Source: Candidatus Neomicrothrix sp. UBA4542 (GTDB lineage Bacteria; Actinomycetota; Acidimicrobiia; Acidimicrobiales; Poriferisodalaceae). From it: DNA of 64,000 bases. The position numbers and the translations under genes were made by a program. The stretch is taken from the NCBI GenBank assembly GCA_002388005.1, contig DGLO01000047.1:45390-109389 (forward strand), read 5' to 3'. Below the pieces are notes generated by a model, which worked only from the letters and a program-made list of their open reading frames with translations, was not told where the DNA came from and did no database searches. Below, one piece after another: positions 1-9,606 of the stretch; within the stretch, counting starts at the first letter, position 1; each line of letters starts with the position of its first letter.

Positions 1-1
1 A

Positions 2-745
2 GCGGTGCCCCTCATGGACGTAGCATTTTCACATCCAATCAAGCTCATCGTGAACGCTTTGGGGCCACCCCCGCCGGATATGATCGAGCGGGCGCACGCC
101 AACGACGTGTTAGTCGGCGCGTTGGCTGGAAAGAAGTCGCACGCTGTGCGACACGTTGCCGCCGGTGTCGACATCATTATTGCGCAAGGTCATGAAGCTG
201 GCGGACACACCGGAGACATCGGCACAATGGTTTTGGTTCCTGAAATCGTTGACGCTGTAGCGCCGACCCCAGTGCTTGCCGCTGGTGGAATTGGAAGCGG
301 GCGACAAGTGGCGGCTTCCATTGCTTTGGGCGCGCAAGGTGTTTGGTGCGGTTCGGTATGGCTCACCACCCAGGAAGCCGAAACTCATCCAGTTGTCAAA
401 GAGAAATTCTTGACGGCGACCTCCTCAGACACGTTGCGTTCTAGATCACGCACCGGTAAACCGGCCCGCCAACTCCGTTCAGCTTGGACAGACGAGTGGG
501 AGGGAGATACTTCGCCGGGCACCTTGCCTATGCCCCTCCAACCGATGTTGATTGCTCATGCGAGCCGGAGAGTAGATCGCGCAGCAACGAATCCTGAGAA
601 TCGAGGGGCGGTGGAACTCGCGAACTATTTTGTTGGTCAAATAGTGGGATCAATGAATGAATCAATTTCGGCAACCCGCGTAGTCGAGGACATGATTACC
701 GAATATCTCGACGTAATGGATCGCTTCGAGCAACTCAACACATGA
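2..745 (+). CDS. Nitronate monooxygenase (2-nitropropane dioxygenase, NMO) family, C-terminal part; the 5' end lies outside the window
   Basis: The frame is open to the window edge. It carries the NMO TIM-barrel signature IIAQGHEAGGHTG and AAGGIGSGRQVAASIALGA. That motif normally sits mid-protein but here is near residue 65, so the N-terminus is truncated. Confidence 0.8.
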   Translation, partial: AVPLMDVAFSHPIKLIVNALGPPPPDMIERAHANDVLVGALAGKKSHAVRHVAAGVDIIIAQGHEAGGHTGDIGTMVLVPEIVDAVAPTPVLAAGGIGSGRQVAASIALGAQGVWCGSVWLTTQEAETHPVVKEKFLTATSSDTLRSRSRTGKPARQLRSAWTDEWEGDTSPGTLPMPLQPMLIAHASRRVDRAATNPENRGAVELANYFVGQIVGSMNESISATRVVEDMITEYLDVMDRFEQLNT

Positions 746-803
746 GTCATCCATGAAACGCATGCGAGCCTAAGTTCAAAGACACGGAAGGTTAGGGGAT
801 CAT

Positions 804-1676
804 ATGGAGACGATGACCGGACGCGTTGCAGTAGTAACCGGTGCAGCGTCAGGCATAGGCAAGGCATTAGCGATGGCGTTTGCAAACGAGGGCGCGAAGG
901 TCGTTCTCGCGGACGTTGAAGAAGAAGCGCTTGAATCGGCAAGAACAGAAGTAAGTGCGCTCCAAGTTCCTACCCTCGCGGTGAAAACAGATGTCACCGA
1001 TTCCGACTCAGTTGCCGCCTTATGCGCCGCGACGCTTGAGACATTCGGAGGCGTCAACATTCTTTGCAACAACGCGGGAGTAGGAGGAGGTGGCCTCGTT
1101 AAAAATCAACAACTAGTGGACTGGAAATGGGTCATTGACGTTTCCCTATGGGGAGTCATCCACGGCGTCCATCACTTCCTGCCTCACCTCATTGAGGCCG
1201 AAGAGAGTCATCTGATGAGTACTGCGTCGGTAGCGGGTCTAATGGCCGTCCCGGGTCTTGCTCCCTACAACGCCGCGAAGTTTGGAGTTGTAGCCATCAT
1301 GGAAACCTTGCATCACGAAATGGCTCGTGACCCAGAGGCCGATGTCGGTGTTTCCGTGCTTTGCCCCGGCGTGGTCCGAACGAACATCGCGACCGCGCAA
1401 AGGAACCGCCCGACCCATCTGCAACGTGAGCGAGCCAAACCGGTAAGCGATAAAGCTCAAGTCCCCGACGAAGCTCGTCAACGAAATGCTGCCATTGCCG
1501 CAGCCCTAGAAAAAGGAATGGACCCCAGTAACGTTGCGTCGCAGGTGGTGGACGCCATGTACCAACAAAGATTTTGGGTGCTGAGTCATCCGGAATTACT
1601 CGCTGAAGTAGGTCACCGCAACAGACAACTCGCGAATCTAGAGAATCCAACTTTAGTATCGAGTTTCACTGACTAA
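804..1676 (+). CDS. SDR-family short-chain dehydrogenase/reductase
   Basis: Rossmann motif VVTGAASGIGKA, NNAG motif, and catalytic YxxxK (YNAAK). The length of 290 aa is typical of the family. Confidence 0.9.
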   Translation: METMTGRVAVVTGAASGIGKALAMAFANEGAKVVLADVEEEALESARTEVSALQVPTLAVKTDVTDSDSVAALCAATLETFGGVNILCNNAGVGGGGLVKNQQLVDWKWVIDVSLWGVIHGVHHFLPHLIEAEESHLMSTASVAGLMAVPGLAPYNAAKFGVVAIMETLHHEMARDPEADVGVSVLCPGVVRTNIATAQRNRPTHLQRERAKPVSDKAQVPDEARQRNAAIAAALEKGMDPSNVASQVVDAMYQQRFWVLSHPELLAEVGHRNRQLANLENPTLVSSFTD

Positions 1677-1690
1677 CCCGAAGCTATGAG

Positions 1691-2479
1691 CTACATGGTG
1701 AAGCGTAGGTTCCTCGCGGCGTGCGCGCCGAGTTCCTCATCGCCCGACCAACTGATCTGACCGCCCGCTATGGGGATCTCAGGGTCGATCCGTCCACATG
1801 CCTGGTTCATGAACGCCATCGAATCACAGTGAAGCGTTAGCGTCGGGTGATCTAAAGCGTCGGTTTCTGTGGCTCGGCCATCAACGACAACGTAGATATC
1901 GCGATCCACCGCCCCGGTGATGTCGAAGTGAATTGACTGTCCTTCCGTCAATCCAATTTTCTTGCCCACTATGTACCCAATTGACAAATGGACCTCGTTT
2001 AACGCCATCTCCGCCGCCGGGCCTCCGTTGTCGATTTCCAAGCTAAGGGGAGTTCGGCAATCGCGTTCGTGCATCCAGAAATCGAACTCACGAATCGCCA
2101 TAAAGCGACCATAGGTAGAAGGGCCGACCGGAGTCATGCTCTCAGTCTGGAAGTCTTCGTCAGTAGTTTCAGCCAGGTTTGCCCGTCTAACGTCGAATGT
2201 CCTCTGCATATGAGCGACTAGATCACCCCCCGACATTTTCATCGCTGCACCGAAATGTTCCTCACCATCCTGAAATGGTGGAGGAGTGTCCAGCCCGGTT
2301 GGCACCCAGTTGGATAAAACTTGCTCGACCGCCACCATGTGAGCGGCGACGCCTTTGATATTCCATGCGGGACATAACGACTGGGTCTCCCATTGTTGGT
2401 CGGTAATATTGCTCAAAAAGTCCACGACGCTGTTCCAACATGCGTCAAGGTTGTTGATGGTGAGTTCGCGTTGGCCCAT
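1691..2479 (-). CDS. DinB-like / mycothiol-dependent maleylpyruvate-isomerase N-terminal domain family protein
   Basis: The N-terminal pattern WNSVVDFLSNITDQQWETQSLCPAWNIKGVAAHM resembles actinobacterial TIGR03083-type DinB-fold proteins. The assignment is by pattern only. Confidence 0.6.
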   Translation of the reverse strand: MGQRELTINNLDACWNSVVDFLSNITDQQWETQSLCPAWNIKGVAAHMVAVEQVLSNWVPTGLDTPPPFQDGEEHFGAAMKMSGGDLVAHMQRTFDVRRANLAETTDEDFQTESMTPVGPSTYGRFMAIREFDFWMHERDCRTPLSLEIDNGGPAAEMALNEVHLSIGYIVGKKIGLTEGQSIHFDITGAVDRDIYVVVDGRATETDALDHPTLTLHCDSMAFMNQACGRIDPEIPIAGGQISWSGDEELGAHAARNLRFTM

Positions 2480-2605
2480 GGCTCCACCGTAGCGGTGATC
2501 ACTTCTACAACGGGAGTTGGCGTGTCATGCTTTGTTGAATTAGGTAAAGACTGCGAAAGCGGGCACAAATGAACACTCCAAAAACCGACAGCTTGGAGGA
2601 AGCAG

Positions 2606-3655
2606 TTGAACTCCCCTGACTTAACCCTGGTGGGAGCCTACGGCTCGCCATACTCCCGAAAAATGCGGGCGATACTCCGATACCGTCGGATCGCATACAG
2701 GTGGGTAGTGCGAAACTCTGAACAAGATCAAGGCCTTCCCCAACCCTCAGTCGCGATTATCCCGGTATTAGCGTTTCATAAAGAAGATGGTGGGTACTCC
2801 GAGGCCATGGTCGACTCATCTCCGCAGATAATGCGATTAGAAGATGAGTACCAAGATCGGAGCTTGTTGCCGAGTGATCCGGTAGTCGCGTTTCTAGATC
2901 ACCTGATCGAGGACTATGGCGACGAATGGGTCACCAAGATGATGTACCACTACCGATGGCACCATTTATATCCTGAAGCGATCGAAAAAGCGGGCAACAT
3001 GCTGCCGCTTATGGCCAACAACCAGATGGATCCTGAGCAGCACCTTCAGATGAAGGATTTCATCACCCGAAGACAGACGAATCGAACAGCTTTGGTGGGA
3101 TCAACTGAGGAGAATCGCCCGGTAATCGAAGAAAGCTTTCTTCGACTATTGGCGGTCATGGAAAACCATTTGACTCATCACCAGTTTCTTCTCGGACATC
3201 GTCCAGGTCGCGGTGACTTTGGCATATTCGGACAGTTCACCCAACTGTGTTTTTGGGAGCCCGATTCGGCACAAATAGCCGCCCGACAAAGCCCGCGGAG
3301 CATCATATGGGTTTATCAAGTCGATGATCTGTCATCACTTGACGTTGCGGGAAACCAGGGATGGTTCACGCGCGAGGACTTGCCGGCGACGCTAAGTGAC
3401 CTTCTCCACGAGATAGGACAAACCTACGCTCCCTTCATGGTCGCCAACCACGATGCTCTGGCGTCGGGCGCTGAAAAGGTTGTTTGTTCGATCCGAGGGG
3501 CCAACTATCAGCAAGCCCCATTTCGATATCAGAGCAAATGCTTGACCTGGCTGCGCGAGGCGTTCGCCAACCTTTCTCCCGATGATCAAGAATCCGTGAG
3601 GCAACTGATAGATGGAACTGGTTGTGAAGTCCTGGTCGCCCAACCGGGTGATTAA
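2606..3655 (+). CDS. Glutathione S-transferase-like protein
   Basis: Thioredoxin-like N-terminus (LVGAYGSPYSRKMRAILRY) followed by a helical C-terminal region. TTG start with GGAGGA 7 nt upstream. Confidence 0.6.
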   Translation: MNSPDLTLVGAYGSPYSRKMRAILRYRRIAYRWVVRNSEQDQGLPQPSVAIIPVLAFHKEDGGYSEAMVDSSPQIMRLEDEYQDRSLLPSDPVVAFLDHLIEDYGDEWVTKMMYHYRWHHLYPEAIEKAGNMLPLMANNQMDPEQHLQMKDFITRRQTNRTALVGSTEENRPVIEESFLRLLAVMENHLTHHQFLLGHRPGRGDFGIFGQFTQLCFWEPDSAQIAARQSPRSIIWVYQVDDLSSLDVAGNQGWFTREDLPATLSDLLHEIGQTYAPFMVANHDALASGAEKVVCSIRGANYQQAPFRYQSKCLTWLREAFANLSPDDQESVRQLIDGTGCEVLVAQPGD

Positions 3656-4367
3656 AGCAATCGTCTTTGACAAAGACGGCACCCTGCTTGATTTCGATGC
3701 AACTTGGAACGAAGCGATTGGTGTGGCTTTCGATCAGATTACCGATAGCGACGCTCGCGAGGCCTCGGCGTCAATGTTCGGCTACGACCTCACCTTGCGA
3801 CGAGTCTTAGCAGACTCCCCGTTCATCAGTGACAGCAACGATGTGACTATGGCGCTTGTAGCTGACTTCGTCGACGCCACAGCCTTTGAACGGACAATCA
3901 ACGAAGTCTCGAAATTGAACATCGTCCCTACTTACGAAGCCGCCGTGACGCTTGAAGCATTGGTCGCAAACGGCATTAAGTTGGCTATAGCCACAAATGA
4001 TTCAGAGGCGGTGGCTCGTGAACACGTCAGCGTCCTTGGATGGACCCAGCTATTCACGTCGATCAAGGGGTATGACTCCGGCCATGGAGCGAAACCCGGC
4101 CCAGGTATGGTTCTGGCGGCCGTAGAAGAATGTGACGCCGCTCAAGGCAGCTACTTGATGGTCGGTGATTCCGTCCACGACGTTTTGGCTGGCCAAGCTG
4201 CGGGCGCTATCACCGTCGCGATTGGAAATCACCCAGCGACGGCGAGTCTTGCCGATCACCGAATCCAGAAGATGGCCGACCTCATCGAGCTAGTGGAATT
4301 GCTTCAACAGGAGGAAAGGGCCGGATCAACCAATTTCGCGCCTGATACGACTGTGGATGACGTCTAG
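3612..4367 (+). CDS. HAD-superfamily hydrolase (phosphatase-like)
   Basis: HAD motif I IVFDKDGTLLD, motif III K, and motif IV GDSVHD. The ATG at 3612 overlaps the upstream gene by 44 nt; an alternative GTG lies at 3648. Confidence 0.8.
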   Translation: MELVVKSWSPNRVIKAIVFDKDGTLLDFDATWNEAIGVAFDQITDSDAREASASMFGYDLTLRRVLADSPFISDSNDVTMALVADFVDATAFERTINEVSKLNIVPTYEAAVTLEALVANGIKLAIATNDSEAVAREHVSVLGWTQLFTSIKGYDSGHGAKPGPGMVLAAVEECDAAQGSYLMVGDSVHDVLAGQAAGAITVAIGNHPATASLADHRIQKMADLIELVELLQQEERAGSTNFAPDTTVDDV

Positions 4368-5234
4368 CTGCTCAATCATCGCATCGACAGACCGGGCTCC
4401 AGCCTGAAACAGCGCTGTAGCGTTCACCGACGTCCAGTCAAAGCCCATCGCGCGAACCACAGCAGATCGCTCCGCTACAGCATCGAGGTTGGCGTAGAAG
4501 GCTTTATCCTCATCGCTGCGGGGCGGAGGTTGCAACATGAGTTGGAAGCCAATGTCGGCGGGGTTCCGGCCAAATTCCTCAGCCTGACGTCGGATCTTTT
4601 CCACACACAACAACGCTTGTTCGTCGGTAACCCCAGACGCCATCCACCCATCGGCCTTCTGGGCTGTTCGCCTTAGGGCCGCGGCACTTTCTCCTCCCAC
4701 CCAGATAGGTAGTTCTGCCCCTTGAGGCGAAACGGGCTCCATACCCATGTCATGAGAGTCGTAATAGGCCCCGCGAAATTCGATGCGTCCGCCGGACCAG
4801 TAGCTCCTCAACAGATCGATCGCTTCATCCATCCGTTTGCCGCGATTCGAGAAGTTTTCTTCAAGAGCGTCATATTCACTGTCTTGCCAGCCGACGCCGA
4901 TACCCAACCGAACTCTCCCATTCGACAGTGTGTCTAAAGTGCTGATTTGCTTCGCGACCAGCACAGGTTGGCGTTGAGGTAGAACGAGGACTTCAGTAGA
5001 GAGCGATACCCGGCTGGTGACGGCCGCAACATTCGAGAGCAACATCAACGCTTCCAAGATCGGCATTTCAGCTGAATAAATCGTGCGGCGACCCTCCCCT
5101 GGATGGCCCATGACTACGTGATCGAACACCGCAATTTCGTCGTAGCCGATATCTTCGATCGCTGAGGCTAAGGCGAGAACTTTTTCCGGACCCTCCCGGT
5201 AGGCCACGGACGGGAAATCGACAGCTATTTTCAC
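4326..5234 (-). CDS. LLM-class (luciferase-like) F420-dependent oxidoreductase
   Basis: LLM-family pattern: FDHVVMGHP, GRVRLGIGVGW and GGESAAALRRTA. The GTG start lies immediately after the TAA of the upstream hotdog gene. Confidence 0.8.
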   Translation of the reverse strand: MKIAVDFPSVAYREGPEKVLALASAIEDIGYDEIAVFDHVVMGHPGEGRRTIYSAEMPILEALMLLSNVAAVTSRVSLSTEVLVLPQRQPVLVAKQISTLDTLSNGRVRLGIGVGWQDSEYDALEENFSNRGKRMDEAIDLLRSYWSGGRIEFRGAYYDSHDMGMEPVSPQGAELPIWVGGESAAALRRTAQKADGWMASGVTDEQALLCVEKIRRQAEEFGRNPADIGFQLMLQPPPRSDEDKAFYANLDAVAERSAVVRAMGFDWTSVNATALFQAGARSVDAMIEQLDVIHSRIRREIG

Positions 5235-5657
5235 TTATCGGCCCGCCAATCTTACCGAAGCCTTGGCTGGCATCAGAATTGTTCCATCGGACTTTTGTCC
5301 GACAATTTCCAATTCCACTACCCCCTCGGTTGCATCTAGAGCCACGACCGTGCCCGAAAATTGAACCTCTTCGTCAACAAAGGCGCTCGCCCGGTTCTGC
5401 CATTCAACCGATAACAGCCGAGCGTTGGGACCCGCCCAATCGGTGACAAATTGAGTAAGCCATGAGCCTTGAAGCGGTCCGTGGACGACGGTGTCCTGGT
5501 GACCTTCATGTCGGGCGTAAGCGTGATCGTAATGAATGCGATGTGGATTGAAACTCGCAGCGCTGTACAAGAAAAGTTCAGCTTCATTAGCACTTTTTTG
5601 CATTTCAGGCAGACGATCGCCCACTTTCGTGGACTGCACGGTTGGATATCCGTTCAT
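5235..5657 (-). CDS. MaoC-like (hotdog-fold) acyl dehydratase subunit
   Basis: Hotdog/MaoC pattern FNPHRIHYDHAYA...VVHGPL. ATGA overlap with the upstream partner gene. Confidence 0.8.
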   Translation of the reverse strand: MNGYPTVQSTKVGDRLPEMQKSANEAELFLYSAASFNPHRIHYDHAYARHEGHQDTVVHGPLQGSWLTQFVTDWAGPNARLLSVEWQNRASAFVDEEVQFSGTVVALDATEGVVELEIVGQKSDGTILMPAKASVRLAGR

Positions 5658-6145
5658 CGAGCAATACCAATCTGTCGCGACCGCGCGACGACCTGTTCTT
5701 CCTGGTTCACGAAGGTCGTCTCTCGAACCAGCCGAACGAAAGGACCTTTACTTCCTTCTTTTTGGTCAAGGTCTGCCAATCGCGTCGTCGCTGTAATCGC
5801 ATCTCCAACGCAAACAGGTTCGAAGAAGTCCCATTCTTCTCCCCCGAACATCATCCTCGACACCTTCAGGTGAACGCTTGTTGTGTCCTCGTACAGCCCG
5901 TCTTCGCGAAGCATGTTCGACGGCTTGGGTTGTACGAGGGCGTGGGTGATAAACAGCGGCGGGACGGTGATTGTCCGATAGCCAGCCGCTTGAGCGACTT
6001 TTTCATCGAAGTAAATAGGATTTTCATCGCCGACGGCGTAGGCGTAACGCTGAGCCTCGCGAGCGTCAATCGGAACGGTTACCGGCCCCGCCAACACTTC
6101 GCCGACTCGAGCTAATGATTCAGTCGGAATGAGTGAACTAGACAT
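5654..6145 (-). CDS. MaoC-family dehydratase N-terminal-domain (FAS1-like hotdog) subunit
   Basis: Pattern YAYAVGDENPIYFDE...ITVPPLF, typical of the non-catalytic hotdog partner. Translationally coupled to 5235..5657. Confidence 0.75.
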   Translation of the reverse strand: MSSSLIPTESLARVGEVLAGPVTVPIDAREAQRYAYAVGDENPIYFDEKVAQAAGYRTITVPPLFITHALVQPKPSNMLREDGLYEDTTSVHLKVSRMMFGGEEWDFFEPVCVGDAITATTRLADLDQKEGSKGPFVRLVRETTFVNQEEQVVARSRQIGIAR

Positions 6146-6214
6146 GCAGTAAGGCTAGGTGAGGCTGTGCCTAGTCTGCCCGCGATGACCTAATCTGGGA
6201 TGGAGGTTAGAGCA

Positions 6215-6868
6215 ATGTCACTTTGGAGTAGAAAATTTGAAATGCCGTCAGCAGAGAGCGCACTACCAGGACGCGACGCTGCGATGCCGGTCCCGCCGCT
6301 GCACGAGGTATTAGGCCAACCTCTAACCTCGCCGTTTCCCAGCGACAGCGAAAACATTGTGGTAGGGATGGGCTGTTTTTGGGGTGCAGAGAGAGTCTTC
6401 TGGGAGACCGCCGGAGTGCTGACCACAGCGGTCGGTTACGCCGGAGGTTTCACCCGAAACCCGACATACGAAGAGGTTTGTAGCGGGTTGACAGGACACA
6501 ACGAAGTAGTTCTTGTTGTCTATGACCCCAAGATTGTTAGTTATGTCGAGATACTCCAACTGTTCTGGGAAAACCACGACCCGACCCAAGGCATGCGGCA
6601 AGGAAACGACCTGGGAACGCAATACCGATCCGGAATATATGTTTCAAGCGAACAACAGCGGATGCTTGCCGAGTTGAGCCGCCAGGAATTTCAGTCAGCG
6701 CTCGCCGACGCCGGATTCTCTGCCATAACAACCGAGATATTGCATACGGGCGAGTTCTACTACGCGGAGCACTACCATCAGCAATACCTTCACAAAGTGC
6801 CCAATGGATATTGCGGACTCGGCGGAACCGGTGTGGCATGTCCGACCGGGATTGCTGCAGTCGAATAA
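6215..6868 (+). CDS. msrA: Peptide-methionine (S)-S-oxide reductase MsrA
   Basis: Active-site motif GMGCFWGAE. The N-terminus [13 protein letters not shown] parallels E. coli MsrA. The ATG at 6215 has GGAGGT 8 nt upstream; the ORF track starts 5 codons earlier, at 6200. Confidence 0.93.
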   Translation: MSLWSRKFEMPSAESALPGRDAAMPVPPLHEVLGQPLTSPFPSDSENIVVGMGCFWGAERVFWETAGVLTTAVGYAGGFTRNPTYEEVCSGLTGHNEVVLVVYDPKIVSYVEILQLFWENHDPTQGMRQGNDLGTQYRSGIYVSSEQQRMLAELSRQEFQSALADAGFSAITTEILHTGEFYYAEHYHQQYLHKVPNGYCGLGGTGVACPTGIAAVE

Positions 6869-6880
6869 CTGTCTCAGCCG

Positions 6881-7375
6881 TTAGGCAGACATCGGTAGCT
6901 CACCGAATCGTCTGACCAAGTCTCCATGATTGGTGTGCGCGTTTAAGCCGCTCGGGTTCGGCAACACGTAAACCGGTCGACCCCCTAACCGGATGCTCTG
7001 CGGGCCCAGGGACAACTTGGAATCCCCCAAAGCCGCTCGCCACCCAGTAATTCCCAAAACGCACACGACCTCTGGGGATAACCAGTCACACATGCGGCTG
7101 ATCCTCGCTAGCCCGATTCGGTAATCGAGATCGGTTAACTCAGAGGCTCGAGACGTCGGTCGTTTTGCCAGGTCGGTCATACCCACTCGATCAACCTGCA
7201 AAGCGTAGAGCGGGTCGCGTTCCTTCGTGACAATTTTGGCGTCACGTGCAGCAGACCAGAATCGGTTACCAGGACCAGCGAATCCGTATCCGGCATCCGC
7301 GGCATGGAAACTTGGATTCAGGCCGACAACCAGTAATCGCATCTTCGAGTTAACGGTGTCGGGCAAGGTTCGCAT
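6881..7375 (-). CDS. mug: G/U mismatch-specific DNA glycosylase (Mug/UDG family 2)
   Basis: Mug-family motifs LLVVGLNPS and LPNPSGLN; 164 aa. Confidence 0.85.
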   Translation of the reverse strand: MRTLPDTVNSKMRLLVVGLNPSFHAADAGYGFAGPGNRFWSAARDAKIVTKERDPLYALQVDRVGMTDLAKRPTSRASELTDLDYRIGLARISRMCDWLSPEVVCVLGITGWRAALGDSKLSLGPQSIRLGGRPVYVLPNPSGLNAHTNHGDLVRRFGELPMSA

Positions 7376-7586
7376 AGTCGTGGCAGCGACCCGAATACAG
7401 TCTGGCTCTTGGGTTGATAACCCAACCGAGAATCCGGCGCCGGTTAAGACATCAACAATCCGCTGCGGCTTCCACCGAGTGTGGAACAGTAACCGGACTC
7501 CGAGACCTTCCGGAGACTGCCGATGGACGGCATGAAGTAGTGAAGGAACCCACGTGGTCCTCCTCTTCCGAAAGTCGATTTCGTGG

Positions 7587-8627
7587 TTAGGAAGCGGCGA
7601 CAGCAGCGGCCTCCAAAGTCAACTGCGCAACCGATCTGCGGTCGTCCCCCCACGGCATTGGCATGAGGATCGGATACTCGACACCGCTCTCAATGTAGCT
7701 CCGAATAAAATTGACAACCTCGTCTTGGTTTCCGATGAAATTAATGGCTTGGATCATTCGGTCCGTTATAGAGGCGAGAGCGCCTTCGCGGTCACGGTCA
7801 GCTTGATGTGAACGTAACTCATCGATTTCGCTTTCGAAACCAGCCGAGCGGAACATGTTGGCGTATCCATCAGCCATCGCATAATTGAACAAGTCTTTTC
7901 GAGCCGACCGCGCTACCTCAGAAAGATCGCCCACCGCAGCATGAACGTAACTCATAATTGTTGCGTTTCCACCGGATCGGATGTGTTGGGCAGCTTCGGT
8001 CACATGGGCTGCGGGGATGTAGTTCAAGAGAACTGCATCCGCGACCTCTCCGCCGAGTTTCAGCATTTGAGGGTTGAGTGCTGCGATGACGATCTTGGGT
8101 ATCTGCTCCTCAGGGCGAACGGCCAGTCTAAAACGCCGAACCTGCCAGAAGTCACCCTCAAATGTCACTGACTCCCCTGAGAGGCACTCACGCAGCAAAG
8201 CAACGTATTCGCGCATCATCGCTATAGGACGATCGGGAGTTGGGATGCCGTGTTGGCGGAGAACGCCGGGGGCTGATACGCCCAGGCCGATCCACACGTT
8301 GCGTTTCGGATTGAGGGCCTGAAGCGTTGCGGCTGTCATGGCGGTCAGCGAAGGACCGCGAAACTGAATCGGCATTATGCCCGTTGCCAAGTCGAGTCCC
8401 GGAGCCGCGTGCGACACTGCTCCCAGAAGACTGAAGGCGTCAGTCCCAGTTGCCTCGACCGTCCAAAAAGATTGGTAGCCAGCGGCTTCGGCGGAAAGCG
8501 CCACTTCCGTTACCGCGGACGGCCCGAGAACTCCAAGACTTCCGTAGGTGATACCGAGGGGAATTCTAGATCTAGCGTTCATCATCTCGAAGTTACTCGG
8601 CTCCATCGACTTGTCACTTATGGTCAA
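7587..8627 (-). CDS. LLM-class flavin/F420-dependent oxidoreductase
   Basis: LLM pattern: AEAAGYQSFWTVE, IGLGVSAP and ALNPQMLKLGGEVADAVLLN. The start is ambiguous (TTG 8627, or downstream ATGs) and there is no clear SD. Confidence 0.8.
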   Translation of the reverse strand: MTISDKSMEPSNFEMMNARSRIPLGITYGSLGVLGPSAVTEVALSAEAAGYQSFWTVEATGTDAFSLLGAVSHAAPGLDLATGIMPIQFRGPSLTAMTAATLQALNPKRNVWIGLGVSAPGVLRQHGIPTPDRPIAMMREYVALLRECLSGESVTFEGDFWQVRRFRLAVRPEEQIPKIVIAALNPQMLKLGGEVADAVLLNYIPAAHVTEAAQHIRSGGNATIMSYVHAAVGDLSEVARSARKDLFNYAMADGYANMFRSAGFESEIDELRSHQADRDREGALASITDRMIQAINFIGNQDEVVNFIRSYIESGVEYPILMPMPWGDDRRSVAQLTLEAAAVAAS

Positions 8628-8708
8628 TATGTTCGTTATCAGGTGGGCTTCAGCGGTAGGGTGAGATTACGAGCCGAAACTTTTCGTCCCCACAGAGAGG
8701 AGCATCTG

Positions 8709-8945
8709 GTGACTGAAACCCCGGACGTGGAGACCATTGCCGTCGCAAATACCGATGAGGCCCTTGCCCTAGTGGATCGTGCCCTCGGCAGCTTTATGCA
8801 GCGTGAACTGGTGTCAGCGAACGAAGTCACCGATGTACTTCTTGACATCCGCTCTGTGCTCAACCGAATAGACCGACCCGAAATCGATGTGACTGTAGAC
8901 ATTTCCGATGTCGAAGCAGAGCTAGAAGTCCCAGCTCAAGCCTGA
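8709..8945 (+). CDS. Hypothetical small acidic protein (78 aa)
   Basis: This is the distal part of track ORF 8409..8945. The in-frame GTG at 8709 is preceded by GAGAGGAG. The upstream part of the ORF overlaps the LLM gene on the other strand. No family recognised. Confidence 0.35.
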   Translation: MTETPDVETIAVANTDEALALVDRALGSFMQRELVSANEVTDVLLDIRSVLNRIDRPEIDVTVDISDVEAELEVPAQA

Positions 8946-8988
8946 GTCAACTCCACGGTCAGGGTGCCCCATACATTGACGTAGGGAC

Positions 8989-9534
8989 CTAGTCCTTGGG
9001 AAGAATTCGCTCCGCTAATTTCCCGAGGATCAAACCCATTCCAGCGCCCATTGCCACATCCGAAGCGTGATGCAGACGTACGTGTATCCGCGAACACGCA
9101 ACGACCCCGGCGATCAAGTGCCAGAAGGGACCTAGCGCGGATCGACGCGAAAGAAACGCGGATGCACAAAAGGCCGCTGACGCATGGCCTGACGGGAAAC
9201 TGGAGGTGAGGGGTTGGCGCAGTTGGTGGGAGGTTGGGTTGTCAGCTGCTTCGGCGGGGCGAACTCGGCCGAAAAGTCTTTTGACACCCTGATTCACCAA
9301 GAGCGATTCAAAACCCATGAGTGCGCTGAATCCCACAGCTGTTCTCGGTCGCCTACCGGGGGGCAGAGCACGCAACCCGCCGACAATGTGCCAAATAAGA
9401 CTGAAATCACCCAGGTTCGAAGCGATGTAAAACAATCGATCGACTGAGGGTTCACCTCGCCAACGCTCCCACCATTGATCGACTTGATCATCGATTCGGT
9501 CAACGCTTGGGCCCAGCGGACTTTTGCCGTTCAT
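8989..9534 (-). CDS. PAP2-family (type 2 phosphatidic acid / undecaprenyl-PP-like) phosphatase
   Basis: PAP2 motifs KRLFGRVRP, SFPSGHAS and SRIHVRLHHASDV. Confidence 0.88.
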   Translation of the reverse strand: MNGKSPLGPSVDRIDDQVDQWWERWRGEPSVDRLFYIASNLGDFSLIWHIVGGLRALPPGRRPRTAVGFSALMGFESLLVNQGVKRLFGRVRPAEAADNPTSHQLRQPLTSSFPSGHASAAFCASAFLSRRSALGPFWHLIAGVVACSRIHVRLHHASDVAMGAGMGLILGKLAERILPKD

Positions 9535-9606
9535 TGGCGTCGACCTATGCGCACCTAGTCACAGTTGCACGCTAAAGCGGTCAATGCCAGGCAGCCACGA
9601 GAAGTC

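Noticed and set aside
5469-6115. Plus-strand ORFs 5469..5873, 5536..5796 and 5642..6115
   Set aside because: All three are antisense to the two hotdog dehydratase genes, which have clear MaoC-family motifs and coupled start/stop junctions. Their translations are compositionally odd (Ser/Arg/Phe-rich).
8409-8708. N-terminal 100 codons of the 178-aa plus-strand ORF 8409..8945
   Set aside because: This part overlaps the LLM oxidoreductase gene on the opposite strand, and its translation is Arg/Gly/Ser-rich junk. Only the distal part, after a GTG with a good SD at 8709, is kept, at low confidence.
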